In this document: positions 1 to 9,930 of the stretch, one piece after another | Numbering within the stretch: position 1 is the first letter of the stretch | Layout: every line of letters starts with the position of its first letter | Source of the DNA: Spirochaetia bacterium | GTDB taxonomy: Bacteria > Spirochaetota > Spirochaetia > WTKD01 > G963693115 | Direction: 5' to 3' | Assembly (NCBI GenBank): GCA_965226055.1 | Contig: CBDDCA010000006.1 | Span: 258,251-322,250, forward strand | DNA: 64,000 bases | Translations under genes and position numbers: made by a program | The notes under the pieces: generated by a model | Seen by the model: the letters and a program-made list of their open reading frames with translations, nothing else | The model's database searches: none | What the model was told of the DNA's origin: nothing

Positions 1-1596
1 TGCACCAAGCCGTTCATTATCATTATTTATCGAAGCAAAAATATTATTCGCCTGTAGCTTTTGCCTATACTCTTCAGCAACATCTCTATACTGTTCTACA
101 ATAGGAATAATAACTACCTGTTCAGGAGCAAGCCATACAGGAAAAGCTCCCGAGTAATGCTCTATCAATACACCAAAAAATCGTTCCAAAGATCCCAGCA
201 ACGCACGATGAATCATATAAGGACGCTTTTTTTCTCCATCTTTATCAATAAAACTCATGTTAAATCGCTCAGGCAAATTAAAATCAAATTGAATAGTCGT
301 CATTTGCCATTCTCTTCCTAGCGCATCCTTAATTTTAAAATCTATTTTAGGACCATAGAAGGCCCCTCCTCCTTCGTCTATCTCATATTCAATATGTTCT
401 TCTTCTACTGCTTTCTTTAATGCGTCTGTAACCCTTTGCCAGTCATCATCCTTGCCTACCGCTTTTTTTGGTTTTGTTGCCAAAAAAGCCTTAATATCAG
501 AGAATCCTAAATCTTTCCAAATAGAATAAGAAAATCGTAACACTTCTTTTATCTCATTTTCTACTTGATCGGGAGTACAAAAGATATGAGCATCATCCTG
601 TGTAAAACCACGAACACGTAATAATCCATGCAATACTCCTCCTTTCTCATATCGATATACAGTACCAAGCTCTGCCCAACGTAATGGAAGCTCACGATAC
701 GATCGCATCTTATTTTGATATATCAGTATATGAAAAGGACAGTTCATAGGTTTCGCATAATAATCGCTTGCATCTAACTCCATAGGAGAATACATATTCT
801 CTTTGTAAAATTCAAGATGTCCACTTTTTTCCCATAACCAGCTTTTTCCTACATGTGGCGTAAACAGTATATCATAACCATTGTGAAGATGTCTTTCACG
901 CCAATAATCCTCCACAGTCACACGAATGCGAGCTCCTTTTGGATGCCAATAAATCAACCCTGCTCCTGCCTCTTCATGAATACTAAATAAATCAAGCTCT
1001 TTACCAATCTTCCTATGATCTCTTTTTTCTACTTCTTTTAACCACTCTAAATGCTGACGTAGCTCTTTTGGTTGAGTCCATGCAGTAGCGTATATCCTTT
1101 GTAACATAGGACGCTTTTCATCTCCACGCCAATACGCTCCTGCTACAGAAAGTAACTTACACGCCTTTGCATTCAAATACTTAGTACTAGGAACATGAGG
1201 CCCCTTACATACATCAACAAAATCGTATACTGTATAGGTACTCAACTCAGCATCATCATGAAACCCACTGATAAGCTCTTGCTTATATGGTTGCTGTTCA
1301 TACAACTTCATAATATCATCACGAGTATGTACCTGTTTTGTAAATACAGATTCTTCTTTTAGTATCTCACCCATAGTATCTTCTATCCGTACTAAATCAG
1401 CTTCAGTAAGCGAATGAGGGAGATCAAAATCATAGTAAAAGCCATTTTCTATGGGCGGACCAATAGCAGTCTTTGCCTCTGGAAACAGCTGTAGCACTGC
1501 TTTTGCCATAACATGAGCAAAACTATGGCGTATACGATACAATTGTTCTTCTATAGATAATTTTTTATATTCTGATTCATTTATGTTTTCTTCCAT
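1..1596 (-). CDS. thrS: threonyl-tRNA synthetase; the C-terminus runs off the left edge of the window
   Basis: My own translation of the minus strand from the ATG at 1596-1594 gives MEENINESEYKKLSIEEQLYRIRHSFAHVMAKAVLQLFPEAKTAIGPPIENGFYYDFDL. Further on it gives YQNKMRSYRELPLRWAELGTVYRYEKGGVLHGLLRVRGFTQDDAHIFC. These are the ThrRS editing-domain HxxxH and the class II catalytic motifs. The frame stays open to position 1, so it is absent from the ORF track. The protein starts directly at the editing domain, with no TGS domain. Confidence 0.93.
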   Translation of the reverse strand, partial: MEENINESEYKKLSIEEQLYRIRHSFAHVMAKAVLQLFPEAKTAIGPPIENGFYYDFDLPHSLTEADLVRIEDTMGEILKEESVFTKQVHTRDDIMKLYEQQPYKQELISGFHDDAELSTYTVYDFVDVCKGPHVPSTKYLNAKACKLLSVAGAYWRGDEKRPMLQRIYATAWTQPKELRQHLEWLKEVEKRDHRKIGKELDLFSIHEEAGAGLIYWHPKGARIRVTVEDYWRERHLHNGYDILFTPHVGKSWLWEKSGHLEFYKENMYSPMELDASDYYAKPMNCPFHILIYQNKMRSYRELPLRWAELGTVYRYEKGGVLHGLLRVRGFTQDDAHIFCTPDQVENEIKEVLRFSYSIWKDLGFSDIKAFLATKPKKAVGKDDDWQRVTDALKKAVEEEHIEYEIDEGGGAFYGPKIDFKIKDALGREWQMTTIQFDFNLPERFNMSFIDKDGEKKRPYMIHRALLGSLERFFGVLIEHYSGAFPVWLAPEQVVIIPIVEQYRDVAEEYRQKLQANNIFASINNDNERLGA

Positions 1597-1680
1597 AGTA
1601 ACCTCTTCCATTCAATATATATTTATTGTATAGTACTCTTTACAATATTACCATACCCTACTGTTCTATATTGGAAATTA

Positions 1681-1768
1681 TAGACTGATAGTAAATATGT
1701 ATAAAATGTTGTATAATTGAGTAAAGGAGGCTGGGCTAATCTAATTTTGCTTATCCTTGCCAACCCCT
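1681..1768 (+). mobile_element. about 90-bp remnant of the 3' end of an IS1595-family element, a direct repeat of 4841..4930
   Basis: 1681 tagactgatagtaaatatgtataaaatgttgtataattgagtaaaggaggctgggctaatctaattttgcttatccttgccaacccc aligns by eye with 4841 tagaccgatagcaaacatgtatatatgtgttgtaaaattggataaaggaggcagggttagtctaattttgcttatatccatgccaacccc. The second sequence is the tail of the degraded transposase gene at 4396..4930. Confidence 0.7.
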
Positions 1769-1790
1769 AAAATTATTAAAAGAGGTATAT

Positions 1791-4043
1791 ATGAAGTTAA
1801 ATATATTCTATTTATTTTTTATATTTCTTGTGTTTTCACTTTTTACTTGTGAAGATATAAAGGTTAATAGTAAGGAAAAAGCCACCGCACCAGCAGAGGC
1901 ACGCAGTGTTACAGCAAGCCACACCGATACAAGTATAACTATATCATGGCAAGCCCCTACCCTTACAAGCATACACACAAAAGCAAATGGAGAAAGGCTT
2001 ACAACGACAGATGTATCGTACAAAGTATACAGAGTAGCAAAAGGAAGTGATGCCCGAAGTATAGCCCAGATTAAAACAGCAGACACGAACCCGATAGCAG
2101 TAGCAAAAGGAACAACAAGCACAACTATAAGTAACCTTACTGAAAATACCACCTATGAAATAGTAGTACAATCAGTCAATGCAACAGATAGTACACAAGT
2201 CTCTACAGGCATGCGAATAGAAGTTACTACCCTTGCTACTAATCAAGCAACCGCACCAGCAGAGGCACGCAGTGTTACGGGAAGTCCTACCGATACCAGT
2301 ATAGGCATATCATGGCAAGCACCTGCCCTTACAAGCACACACAAAAAAGCAGATGGAGAAAGGCTCACAACAGCAGATGTATCGTACAAAGTATACAGAG
2401 TAGCAAAAGGAAGCAAAGCCCGCACAATAGCCCAGATTAAAACAGCAGACACAAACCCGATAGCAGTAGCAAAAGGAACAACAAGCACAACTATAAGTAA
2501 CCTTACTATAAATACTACCTATGAAATAGTAGTACAATCAGTCAATGCCACTGACCCAACAAAAATCTCTACAGGTACACTAATAGAAGTAACTACCAAT
2601 AGTCAAGCAACTGCACCAGCAGAGGCACGCAGTGTTACAGCAAACCACACCGATACCAGTACAACTATATCATGGCAACCCCCAATACTTACAAGCACAC
2701 ACAAAAAAGCAGATGGAGAAAGGCTCACAACGGCAGATGTATCGTATAAAGTATACAGAGTAGCAAAAGGAAAGAATGCCCGCACAATAGCCCAGATTAA
2801 AACAGCAGACACAAACCCAATAGCAGTTGCAAAAGGAATAACAAGCACAACTATAAGTAACCTTACTGGAAATACTCCCTATGAAATAGTAGTACAATCA
2901 GTCAATGCCACCGACCCAACAAAAACCTCTACAGGAGTACAAATAGAAATAACTACCAATAGTCAAGCAACTGCACCAGACGAGACACACAGTGTTACAG
3001 CAAGCCACACCGATACCAGTACAACTATATCATGGCAAGCCCCTACCCTTACAAGCAGTCACAAGAAAGCAGATGGAAGATGGCTCACAACAGCAGATGT
3101 ATCGTACAAAGTATACAGAGTAGCAAAAGGAAAGAATGCTCGCACAATAGCCCAAATTAAAACAGCAGACACGAACCCGATAGCAGTAGCAAAAGGAACA
3201 ACAAGCACAACTATAAGTAACCTTACTGGAAATACCACCTATGAAATAGTAGTACAATCAGTCAATGCTACCGACCCAACAAAAACCTCTACAGGAGTAC
3301 AAATAGAAATAACCACCCCAAGCCAAGCTACCATACCAGAAGAAATCCGCTTTTTAGGAAGAAGTCGAACCGATGACAGTATATCCCTATCATGGATATA
3401 TATTTATATTACTCCAGGCAAGAAAGCAACTGGACAAAAGCTTACAGCGGCAGATATATCGTATAAAATATATAGAGTAGCAAAAGGAAAGAATGCCCGC
3501 ACAGTAGCCCAGATTAAAACAGCAGACACAAACCCGATAACAGTAGCAAAAGGAATAACAAGCACAACTATAAGTAACCTTACTATAAATACTACCTATG
3601 AAATAGTAGTACAATCAGTCAATGAAACGGACACTACAAAAGTATCTACAGGAGTACGAATAGAAGCAAATACCGATAGTCAGGCAACCGCACCAGAAGA
3701 TACACAAAGTGTTGGAGTAGATACGACCACCGATGACAGTATAAGAATATCATGGGAAGCCCCTACCCTTACAAGCACACACAAAAAAGCAGATGGAGGA
3801 AGGCTCACAACAGCAGATGTATCATATAAAGTATACAGAGTAGCAAAAGGAAGGTATCCCCGCACAATAGCCCAGATTAAAACAGCAGACACGAACCCGA
3901 TAACAGTAGCAAAAGGAATAACCCACGCAACTATAAGTAACCTTAATGGAAATACTACCTATGAAATAGTAATACAATCAGTGAATGCAACGGACACTAC
4001 AAAAGTATCTACAGGAATACGATTAGAAGTAAATACCAAATAA
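1791..4043 (+). CDS. surface lipoprotein made of six tandem fibronectin-type-III-like repeats
   Basis: 750-aa ORF. The signal peptide carries a lipobox (FLVFSLFTC, Cys20). It is followed by six units of about 120 aa, each with the pattern ATAPAEARSVT..DTSxxISWQAP...YKVYRVAKG...TTYEIVVQSVNATD (the W/Y/Y-x-V FN3 pattern). An RBS-like aagagg lies upstream of the ATG. Confidence 0.9.
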   Translation: MKLNIFYLFFIFLVFSLFTCEDIKVNSKEKATAPAEARSVTASHTDTSITISWQAPTLTSIHTKANGERLTTTDVSYKVYRVAKGSDARSIAQIKTADTNPIAVAKGTTSTTISNLTENTTYEIVVQSVNATDSTQVSTGMRIEVTTLATNQATAPAEARSVTGSPTDTSIGISWQAPALTSTHKKADGERLTTADVSYKVYRVAKGSKARTIAQIKTADTNPIAVAKGTTSTTISNLTINTTYEIVVQSVNATDPTKISTGTLIEVTTNSQATAPAEARSVTANHTDTSTTISWQPPILTSTHKKADGERLTTADVSYKVYRVAKGKNARTIAQIKTADTNPIAVAKGITSTTISNLTGNTPYEIVVQSVNATDPTKTSTGVQIEITTNSQATAPDETHSVTASHTDTSTTISWQAPTLTSSHKKADGRWLTTADVSYKVYRVAKGKNARTIAQIKTADTNPIAVAKGTTSTTISNLTGNTTYEIVVQSVNATDPTKTSTGVQIEITTPSQATIPEEIRFLGRSRTDDSISLSWIYIYITPGKKATGQKLTAADISYKIYRVAKGKNARTVAQIKTADTNPITVAKGITSTTISNLTINTTYEIVVQSVNETDTTKVSTGVRIEANTDSQATAPEDTQSVGVDTTTDDSIRISWEAPTLTSTHKKADGGRLTTADVSYKVYRVAKGRYPRTIAQIKTADTNPITVAKGITHATISNLNGNTTYEIVIQSVNATDTTKVSTGIRLEVNTK
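1881..4037 (+). repeat. six tandem coding repeats with a period of about 360 bp and high DNA identity
   Basis: Repeat starts are recognisable at about 1881, 2248, 2608, 2968, 3328 and 3685, each reading gc[ac]ac[ct]gcaccagcagaggcacgcagtgttac or a variant. Unit 5 is the most diverged (WIYIYITPG replaces WQAPTLTSTH). Confidence 0.95.
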
Positions 4044-4395
4044 GTAGGAATAATGAAAATACTAATAAGTAATTGCATAAAGGTAAAATATTCTAAACGA
4101 TATACAGAAAGAACACATCCCAAGAACCATATACCGAGAGTAATATAGTGCGACATTTCACCAGTAAAATATTGAAAGAGGTAGAGTATCAAGTAACCGA
4201 ATACTTAAAAAGTATAGGAGTAAAAAATGATAGAGAAAAAAGACAGTTTTAGAGATGGAATGAAAAAAGCAGATAAAAGCGAAGACACTAAAGTTATAGA
4301 ACAGATATTAAATGAAGTAGGTAACTATTTAGTACAATTCGTTATGTGAAGTAAGTTGAGAAACAGCAACAAAATGGTATCATATATTTCGAGTA

Positions 4396-4930
4396 ATGAT
4401 AGCAAAAAAACTCACAGTATATGAAGTATTGATAAAAAGAGAAATAGATGAAAGTTATTTCGGAGGAAAAAGAAAAGGAAAACGAGGAAGAGGAGCAACA
4501 GAAAAAACAATAGTGCTTAGATTGTATAAAAGGAGTGACCATGTGCATACACTCACAATAAGTAATACAACGACTTGCAACTCTATAGTATCATACAGAA
4601 AAAATAGCTCCTCAGAGTAGTATCTATACAGACACCTCTCCGAGTGATAATATACTTGCTGTATCAGACTTTCAGCACTATCGCATAAATCATGCAAAGG
4701 AATTTGCACACAAGCAAAATCATATAAACGAGATAGAGAATTTTTGGAATCCAATCAAAGAGACATCTGAGAAGATACAATGGAATACAAAAAAACCATT
4801 TTGAATTATACTTAAAAGAATATGAATTTCGGTTTAATTATAGACCGATAGCAAACATGTATATATGTGTTGTAAAATTGGATAAAGGAGGCAGGGTTAG
4901 TCTAATTTTGCTTATATCCATGCCAACCCC
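4396..4930 (+). pseudogene. IS1595-family (ISXO2-like) transposase, C-terminal half, broken by frameshifts and stops
   Basis: Frame 1 reads REIDESYFGGKRKGKRGRGATEKTIVL. A second frame reads YTDTSPSDNILAVSDFQHYRINHAKEFAHKQNHINEIENFWNPIKE. A third frame reads LKEYEFRFNYRP. Together these follow the conserved IS1595 DDE transposase pattern (EIDExYxGG..GKRGRG ... TD ... HxxVNH ... N.IE.FW ... E.EFRFN.R) but need at least two frame changes. Confidence 0.8.
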
Positions 4931-4968
4931 ATATTATATTTTCGCCTATACAGTTATAATTTTTAGCA

Positions 4969-5002
4969 TTTCTGCTTATCTCTTAAAAGAGAAAAGCAGA
5001 AA
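4969..5002 (-). terminator. candidate hairpin downstream of the sugar ABC operon
   Basis: tttctgcttatctctt (4969-4984) pairs with aagagaaaagcagaaa (4987-5002) in a 16-bp stem with one mismatch. There is no clear U-run, so terminator function is uncertain. Confidence 0.35.
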
Positions 5003-5033
5003 CATGTGTATATGCATTAACAATGCATGAGAA

Positions 5034-5993
5034 TTACTGTAATGGGTATAGTAGCTTTTGCACTTCGGGAGTATCGATATTTTCAAGGCTTACATACGTA
5101 GCACCTGTATCGATTCTTGGATTTACGCTTTTTCCTTGTAGAGCATCGTATACTGACATAACGCCTTTATATCCCATTTGAAATGGATTTTGTACAACAA
5201 AGCCATTAATAACTCCACTTTGAAGCAAAGCTATTTCTTGCTCACTAGAATCAAATCCAACAAGAATAATATCCTCTCTTCCAATTTCCTGCAATCCTAA
5301 TGCCGCTCCTACCGCAGAACCTTCGTTTGCTGCAAAAATAGCTTTAAGATCTGGATTAGCTCGTACCATATCAACGATAAGATTAGCAGATTTATCATGA
5401 TCTCCTGCACCGTACACTGGCTCAAGAACAGTTATACCAGAATACTTTTTTAATTCCTGTAAAGCTCCATCTCTTCTGTCTATCCCTGTAGAACTAGTTG
5501 CATCATGAACAATAACGCCTACTTTTCCTTCTTCACCAATAAGAGTAGCAAGCTCTTTTGCTCCTATCGCTGCAGCATTTGCATTATCAGTAGCAACAAA
5601 ACTCAATGGAATGTCACTATCTACTCCAGAATCAAACATAACTACTGGAATACCTGCTGTATTTGCTTTTTCCACATACGGAATAAGAGCTTCCTTATCT
5701 AAAGCAGCAAGCAACAGACCATCAACTCTTGATGTAATAGCATTTTCTACCATATTGATTTGTACATCAATCATTGATTCGGTAGCAGGCCCCTCAAAAG
5801 TAACTCTAATGCCAAGTTCTTCTGCCGCAGTATCAGCTCCCAGCTTTACTGTTTGCCAAAATTCATGCTGAAACCCTTTACTGATAACAGCAATATATGT
5901 GTCATCATCAGACACAGACTCTTGATTTCCACCAGCAAAAAGCATACCAGTGAACACCAACAATAAAATAGTTGAAATAATGATTTTTTTCAT
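5034..5993 (-). CDS. sugar ABC transporter substrate-binding protein (RbsB/type I periplasmic-binding fold)
   Basis: 319 aa with an N-terminal signal peptide. The sequence ISKGFQHEFWQTV...GLLLAALD...IPVVMFDSGV is typical of the ribose/galactose-binding family. It is the first-listed gene of a three-gene operon with a permease and an ATPase. Confidence 0.85.
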   Translation of the reverse strand: MKKIIISTILLLVFTGMLFAGGNQESVSDDDTYIAVISKGFQHEFWQTVKLGADTAAEELGIRVTFEGPATESMIDVQINMVENAITSRVDGLLLAALDKEALIPYVEKANTAGIPVVMFDSGVDSDIPLSFVATDNANAAAIGAKELATLIGEEGKVGVIVHDATSSTGIDRRDGALQELKKYSGITVLEPVYGAGDHDKSANLIVDMVRANPDLKAIFAANEGSAVGAALGLQEIGREDIILVGFDSSEQEIALLQSGVINGFVVQNPFQMGYKGVMSVYDALQGKSVNPRIDTGATYVSLENIDTPEVQKLLYPLQ

Positions 5994-6014
5994 TATAACC
6001 TCCTTATATTATTT

Positions 6015-6998
6015 TTATTTATTGTTCATCCCTCGTTTTATACGCTGATTATCAAGATAGACCGCTAGTATTACTACTAAGCCTATAATAATCTGCTGCC
6101 AAAATTGATTCACCTGCATAAGATTAAGCCCATTCCGTAACACACTCATAATCAAAGCTCCTATGACTGTCCCTAGTATAGTCCCTACTCCTCCCGATAA
6201 ACTTGCTCCTCCTATTACTGCAGCAGCAATTGCATCAAGCTCTAATCCTGTAGCAATAGATGGTTGCCCCGAATTCAAACGTGCAGCCATAATGATCCCT
6301 GCAAATCCACACATAGCTCCTGAGAAAGTATATACAAAAAACTTCACTAATTTTACAGAAATTCCCGAAAGCCTCGCTGCTTCTTCGTTGCTTCCAAGTG
6401 CGAAAATATATCTTCCTACTACCGTTTTTGATAATAGTAAATGAGCTATCACTGCAAACACAGCAAGATAAATAACAGGCATAGGTAATATACCGTACAT
6501 ATCATAATTATATAACAGCTTAAAATTCTGTTGTTGATTAAAATATATTGGTCTGCCACCACTCAACACTAAAGCAAACCCTCTCGCACTTATCATAACC
6601 CCAAGGGTAGCAATAAAAGGAGGCAATTCTAAATGTGCCACTACTACACCGCTAAAAGCACCACATAGTATACCAGATATAACTCCAATGACAAGTGCTG
6701 GAGCTATAGCCATGCCAGATCTTAAAAGAAGAGCTACAATGACCCCCGAAACAGCGACAATAGAACCAACAGAAAGATCAATACCTGCAGTAATAATAAC
6801 TATAGTAATACCAATAGCCACAATACCAGTTACTGCAGTTTGTTTAATTACTGTTATGATATTATCATATTTTAAGAAATAAGGACTTGCAAAAGAGAAA
6901 AATATTACAAGTAACAATAAACTTGCAAATATAGCTAATTTTTGAATAGTACTAGAATTTATCATCGATTTTTTACAGACAATTTCTTTTTGTGACAT
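6015..6998 (-). CDS. sugar ABC transporter permease (RbsC/branched-chain-type, BPD_transp_2)
   Basis: 327 aa and highly hydrophobic with multiple TM segments. GIDLSVGS and ARLNSGQP...GLELDAIAAAVIGGASLSGG are hallmark RbsC-family motifs. Confidence 0.88.
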   Translation of the reverse strand: MSQKEIVCKKSMINSSTIQKLAIFASLLLLVIFFSFASPYFLKYDNIITVIKQTAVTGIVAIGITIVIITAGIDLSVGSIVAVSGVIVALLLRSGMAIAPALVIGVISGILCGAFSGVVVAHLELPPFIATLGVMISARGFALVLSGGRPIYFNQQQNFKLLYNYDMYGILPMPVIYLAVFAVIAHLLLSKTVVGRYIFALGSNEEAARLSGISVKLVKFFVYTFSGAMCGFAGIIMAARLNSGQPSIATGLELDAIAAAVIGGASLSGGVGTILGTVIGALIMSVLRNGLNLMQVNQFWQQIIIGLVVILAVYLDNQRIKRGMNNK

Positions 6999-7026
6999 TA
7001 TAATAACTCCTATTTATAATACATAT

Positions 7027-8547
7027 CTAATTTTCATGTTGCATATGACCAGTAGCATATAACATAATTTTTTCCTGTGTAATATCTTGTTTTTCTAATA
7101 TACCTGATACTTCTCCCGAACACATTACCAATACTCTATCACTCATCCCAACAATTTCACTTAAATCTGAAGATACCATTATGATAGAAAGCCCAGTATC
7201 AGTTAAAGAAGTAATAAGATCGTATATTTCACGTCTTGCTCCAACATCAATACCTCTTGTAGGCTCATCAAAAATCAAAACATCGCATTGCGTACACAAC
7301 CACCGAGCAATAATCACTTTTTGCTGATTTCCTCCACTTAAATAGCGTACAATCTGAGTTAAAGAAGGAGTTTTTATACGTAAAGAATCTACAAATTCTG
7401 TACAATGCTCTCTTGCAATATTTTTGTTAATGATCCCTATCTTTTTAGAATGTTCCTTTATGGTAGCAAGGATTATGTTTTCTTGTACATTGAGATTAAG
7501 AGCAAGTCCATTTTTTTTCCTATCTTCAGTCAGATATCCAATACCATGCCTTATTGCATCACGCGGAGTATTGATAGCAACTTCTTTAGAATGAACAAAT
7601 ACTTTACCACTATCCTTCGGATCTGCACCAAAGATAGCTCTCATTAACTCAGTACGACCAGCTCCCACTAAACCAGACACTCCTAGTATTTCTCCCTTAC
7701 ACAAAGAGAACGATATATTCTTTAAGTCAGGATTACGCTGTATATTTTCTACACGCAAAATTTCCTCTCCTCTATGAGGATGCCTCGTAGGAAACATATC
7801 AGTAAGCTCTCTTCCTACCATAAGATGTATAAGATGTTCAGTAGTAGTATCCGCATAGTGCAAAGTATCAATATACTGACCATCTCGAAATACAGTTACT
7901 CTGTCCGCAATTTCTTCCAGCTCCTTCAATTTATGAGAGATAAAAATAATTCCTTTTCCTTGCTCTTTTAGTCTACGTACTGTACTAAACAATACTTCTG
8001 TTTCTGCTTCACTTAATGTTGCTGTTGGCTCATCCATAATGAGAATATCACAAGACACTGAGATAGCTTTAGCAATCTCTACCATTTGCTGTTCTGCAAC
8101 ACTTAAAGTACTTACTTTTGCATATACATCAATACTATAATTAAGTAACTGCAATATTCTATTTGCTTCTTCATTTAATTTTTTCTCATTAAGCACATAC
8201 CGAGCATAGCGTGGTTCTCTCCCAATAAATATATTTTGTGCAACAGTAAGATGGGAGAAAAGATTGAATTCTTGATGAATAATACTAATACCAATTTCCT
8301 GTGCTACATGAGGATTAAGCACTTCAATTTTCTTACCACGATATATAATATCTCCTTTATCTGGTTGATATACTCCAGTAAGAATTTTCATAAGAGTAGA
8401 TTTGCCTGCCCCATTTTCACCTAAAATAGCATGTACTTCCCCTGCCTTTACATCTAAAGACACATTTTGCAACGCCTTTACTCCAGGAAAAAATTTAGAT
8501 ACATCTTGTACCTTCAACAGCATATCGCTTTTATTTTGTGCCATCAT
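7027..8547 (-). CDS. sugar ABC transporter ATP-binding protein with duplicated ATPase domains (RbsA/MglA-like)
   Basis: 506 aa. Walker A is GENGAGKST, followed by a signature/Walker B ILIMDEPT. A second half carries LSGGNQQK and LIFDEPTRGIDV. Confidence 0.92.
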   Translation of the reverse strand: MMAQNKSDMLLKVQDVSKFFPGVKALQNVSLDVKAGEVHAILGENGAGKSTLMKILTGVYQPDKGDIIYRGKKIEVLNPHVAQEIGISIIHQEFNLFSHLTVAQNIFIGREPRYARYVLNEKKLNEEANRILQLLNYSIDVYAKVSTLSVAEQQMVEIAKAISVSCDILIMDEPTATLSEAETEVLFSTVRRLKEQGKGIIFISHKLKELEEIADRVTVFRDGQYIDTLHYADTTTEHLIHLMVGRELTDMFPTRHPHRGEEILRVENIQRNPDLKNISFSLCKGEILGVSGLVGAGRTELMRAIFGADPKDSGKVFVHSKEVAINTPRDAIRHGIGYLTEDRKKNGLALNLNVQENIILATIKEHSKKIGIINKNIAREHCTEFVDSLRIKTPSLTQIVRYLSGGNQQKVIIARWLCTQCDVLIFDEPTRGIDVGARREIYDLITSLTDTGLSIIMVSSDLSEIVGMSDRVLVMCSGEVSGILEKQDITQEKIMLYATGHMQHEN

Positions 8548-8649
8548 TCATACCTACATACATTATCTCAAGAATACTAAATGAATTACTCTTTTTACAA
8601 TGTTTTAATATAAAAATGCACTGCAAAACAAAGAATATCCTTCCTAATA

Positions 8650-9642
8650 CTATTTACTTGTGTATTTTATAGAAACCCATATCCGAAACGAACTACTTTT
8701 TCCGTTATATTTACCACTTCCTTGAAAGCTAATTGTATACAATTTCTGTAATAGCTTCCCTTTTGCTTTACCACTTATTGTACCAGAGCTAGTATCAAAA
8801 CCTAATCCTGTCTCATCGTTAATATCAGGAGAAATAGCATAGCGACCAGATATATCACTGGGATTTGCATCAAAACTCACCGATATATCAGTATCTTTGT
8901 CAGCAATAGCCATAATGAACGGTAAGCCATTATACGGTTCTATGGTAACAGCATCATTCCCGCTTGGAGTAAATACATAGCTCCAGCCAGGAAGTTTTAC
9001 ACTCGTAACACCTGAATTATCAAATATACCTTCTACTCTAATAGTATCTTGTATATCCCATTCCTCTAAATCATGCTTAAACCCAGTGGCTCCCTTAAAC
9101 ATATTAATCATATTATTGATAGTATTGTTTACTTTCCACGTTGATATATCTTGATTAAACTGTGTCGCTCCTGCAAACATACTGTTCATATTTTTCACTT
9201 TCTCTACTTTCCACACTGATATGTCTTGATCAAACTGTGTTGCTCCTGCAAACATACCACTCATATCGGTAACATTACTGACATTCCAGCTTGATATATC
9301 TCCATTAAAATGAGTATTTCCCTTAAACATATTGCTCATATCGGTAACATTACTGACATTCCAGCTCGATATATCTCCATTAAAATTAGCTAAATCTCCA
9401 TCACTACTAAATAAACCACTCAAATCTGTCATATTACTTATATCTATATTTGAGAGATCTGTTTCCCATCCATGAAATGAAACTTCACGTTTTATATTAT
9501 TAGCTAGTACTTGTTTATCCGATGGATGATAGACAAAAGACAAGTCTGTAGATTCCTGACTACAACTAAAAAGCAGTAGCAATCCCATTCCTATCATCCA
9601 TAGAAAATAATACTTATATGCTTGAGCATTACATTGTCTCAT
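8650..9642 (-). CDS. BspA-family / DUF285 leucine-rich-repeat lipoprotein, single-module paralogue of the giant gene's first module
   Basis: 330 aa. The lipobox is LLLFSCSQ. It contains 23-aa repeats of the form FNGDISSWNVSNVTDMSNMFKG.T., then GLGFDTSSGTISG (putative-Ig/He_PIG-like motif). It is collinear with residues about 25-340 of the 10605..19073 product. Confidence 0.85.
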   Translation of the reverse strand: MRQCNAQAYKYYFLWMIGMGLLLLFSCSQESTDLSFVYHPSDKQVLANNIKREVSFHGWETDLSNIDISNMTDLSGLFSSDGDLANFNGDISSWNVSNVTDMSNMFKGNTHFNGDISSWNVSNVTDMSGMFAGATQFDQDISVWKVEKVKNMNSMFAGATQFNQDISTWKVNNTINNMINMFKGATGFKHDLEEWDIQDTIRVEGIFDNSGVTSVKLPGWSYVFTPSGNDAVTIEPYNGLPFIMAIADKDTDISVSFDANPSDISGRYAISPDINDETGLGFDTSSGTISGKAKGKLLQKLYTISFQGSGKYNGKSSSFRIWVSIKYTSK

Positions 9643-9785
9643 AACTATTACACCAAATATACATTGATTACTACAGCTTGTACTTTAACTATAATTATTT
9701 TTACTAAATCTTACAGAGTAAAAAAACAATATGCTATTATTATACACTATATTAAAAAAATATGCAAAAATAGGTAATAAGTTGC

Positions 9786-9820
9786 CACGAGTTCAAGTAT
9801 TAAATGTGACAAAGGAGCAA
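9786..9820 (+). repeat. solo copy of the IS30-family left inverted repeat (copy A, diverged)
   Basis: cacgagttcaagtattaaatgtgacaaaggagcaa compares with the IRL of the intact element at 54784, cacgagttcaaggattaaatgcgacaaaggagcaa. No transposase gene is adjacent. Confidence 0.75.
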
Positions 9821-9930
9821 AAAAAGCGAAAATATAAAAAATACTGAATGTATCTCTTGCCTTTATTTCTTGAATTTGTAGCAGCTATCTTTTCTGTATA
9901 ACTGTGAGTAAGGTATTTTATAAGTGGCAA

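Noticed and set aside
61-321. An 86-aa plus-strand ORF sits at the left edge of the window.
   Set aside because: It is antisense to the ThrRS coding frame, which is open across the whole interval and carries class II synthetase motifs.
1808-3892. Repeated Cys-rich (MYYYFIG...CCSFCYCY) and hydrophobic antisense ORFs lie on the minus strand of the FN3 repeat gene.
   Set aside because: They recur once per 360-bp unit only because the sense gene is repetitive. The sense frame carries a lipoprotein signal and the FN3 pattern, so the antisense frames are by-products.
1881-4037. I considered the regularly spaced repeats (360-bp here and 33-bp at 10033..10461) as possible CRISPR arrays.
   Set aside because: There is no alternation of conserved repeats with unique spacers. 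The units are contiguous, in frame and translate into protein repeats, and no cas genes are present.
4044-4395. I considered whether the N-terminal half of the IS1595 transposase (zinc-ribbon/HTH region) lies upstream of the recognisable pseudogene.
   Set aside because: I could not find convincing transposase-like translation in any frame by eye. The region may be too decayed or unrelated, so I left it unannotated.
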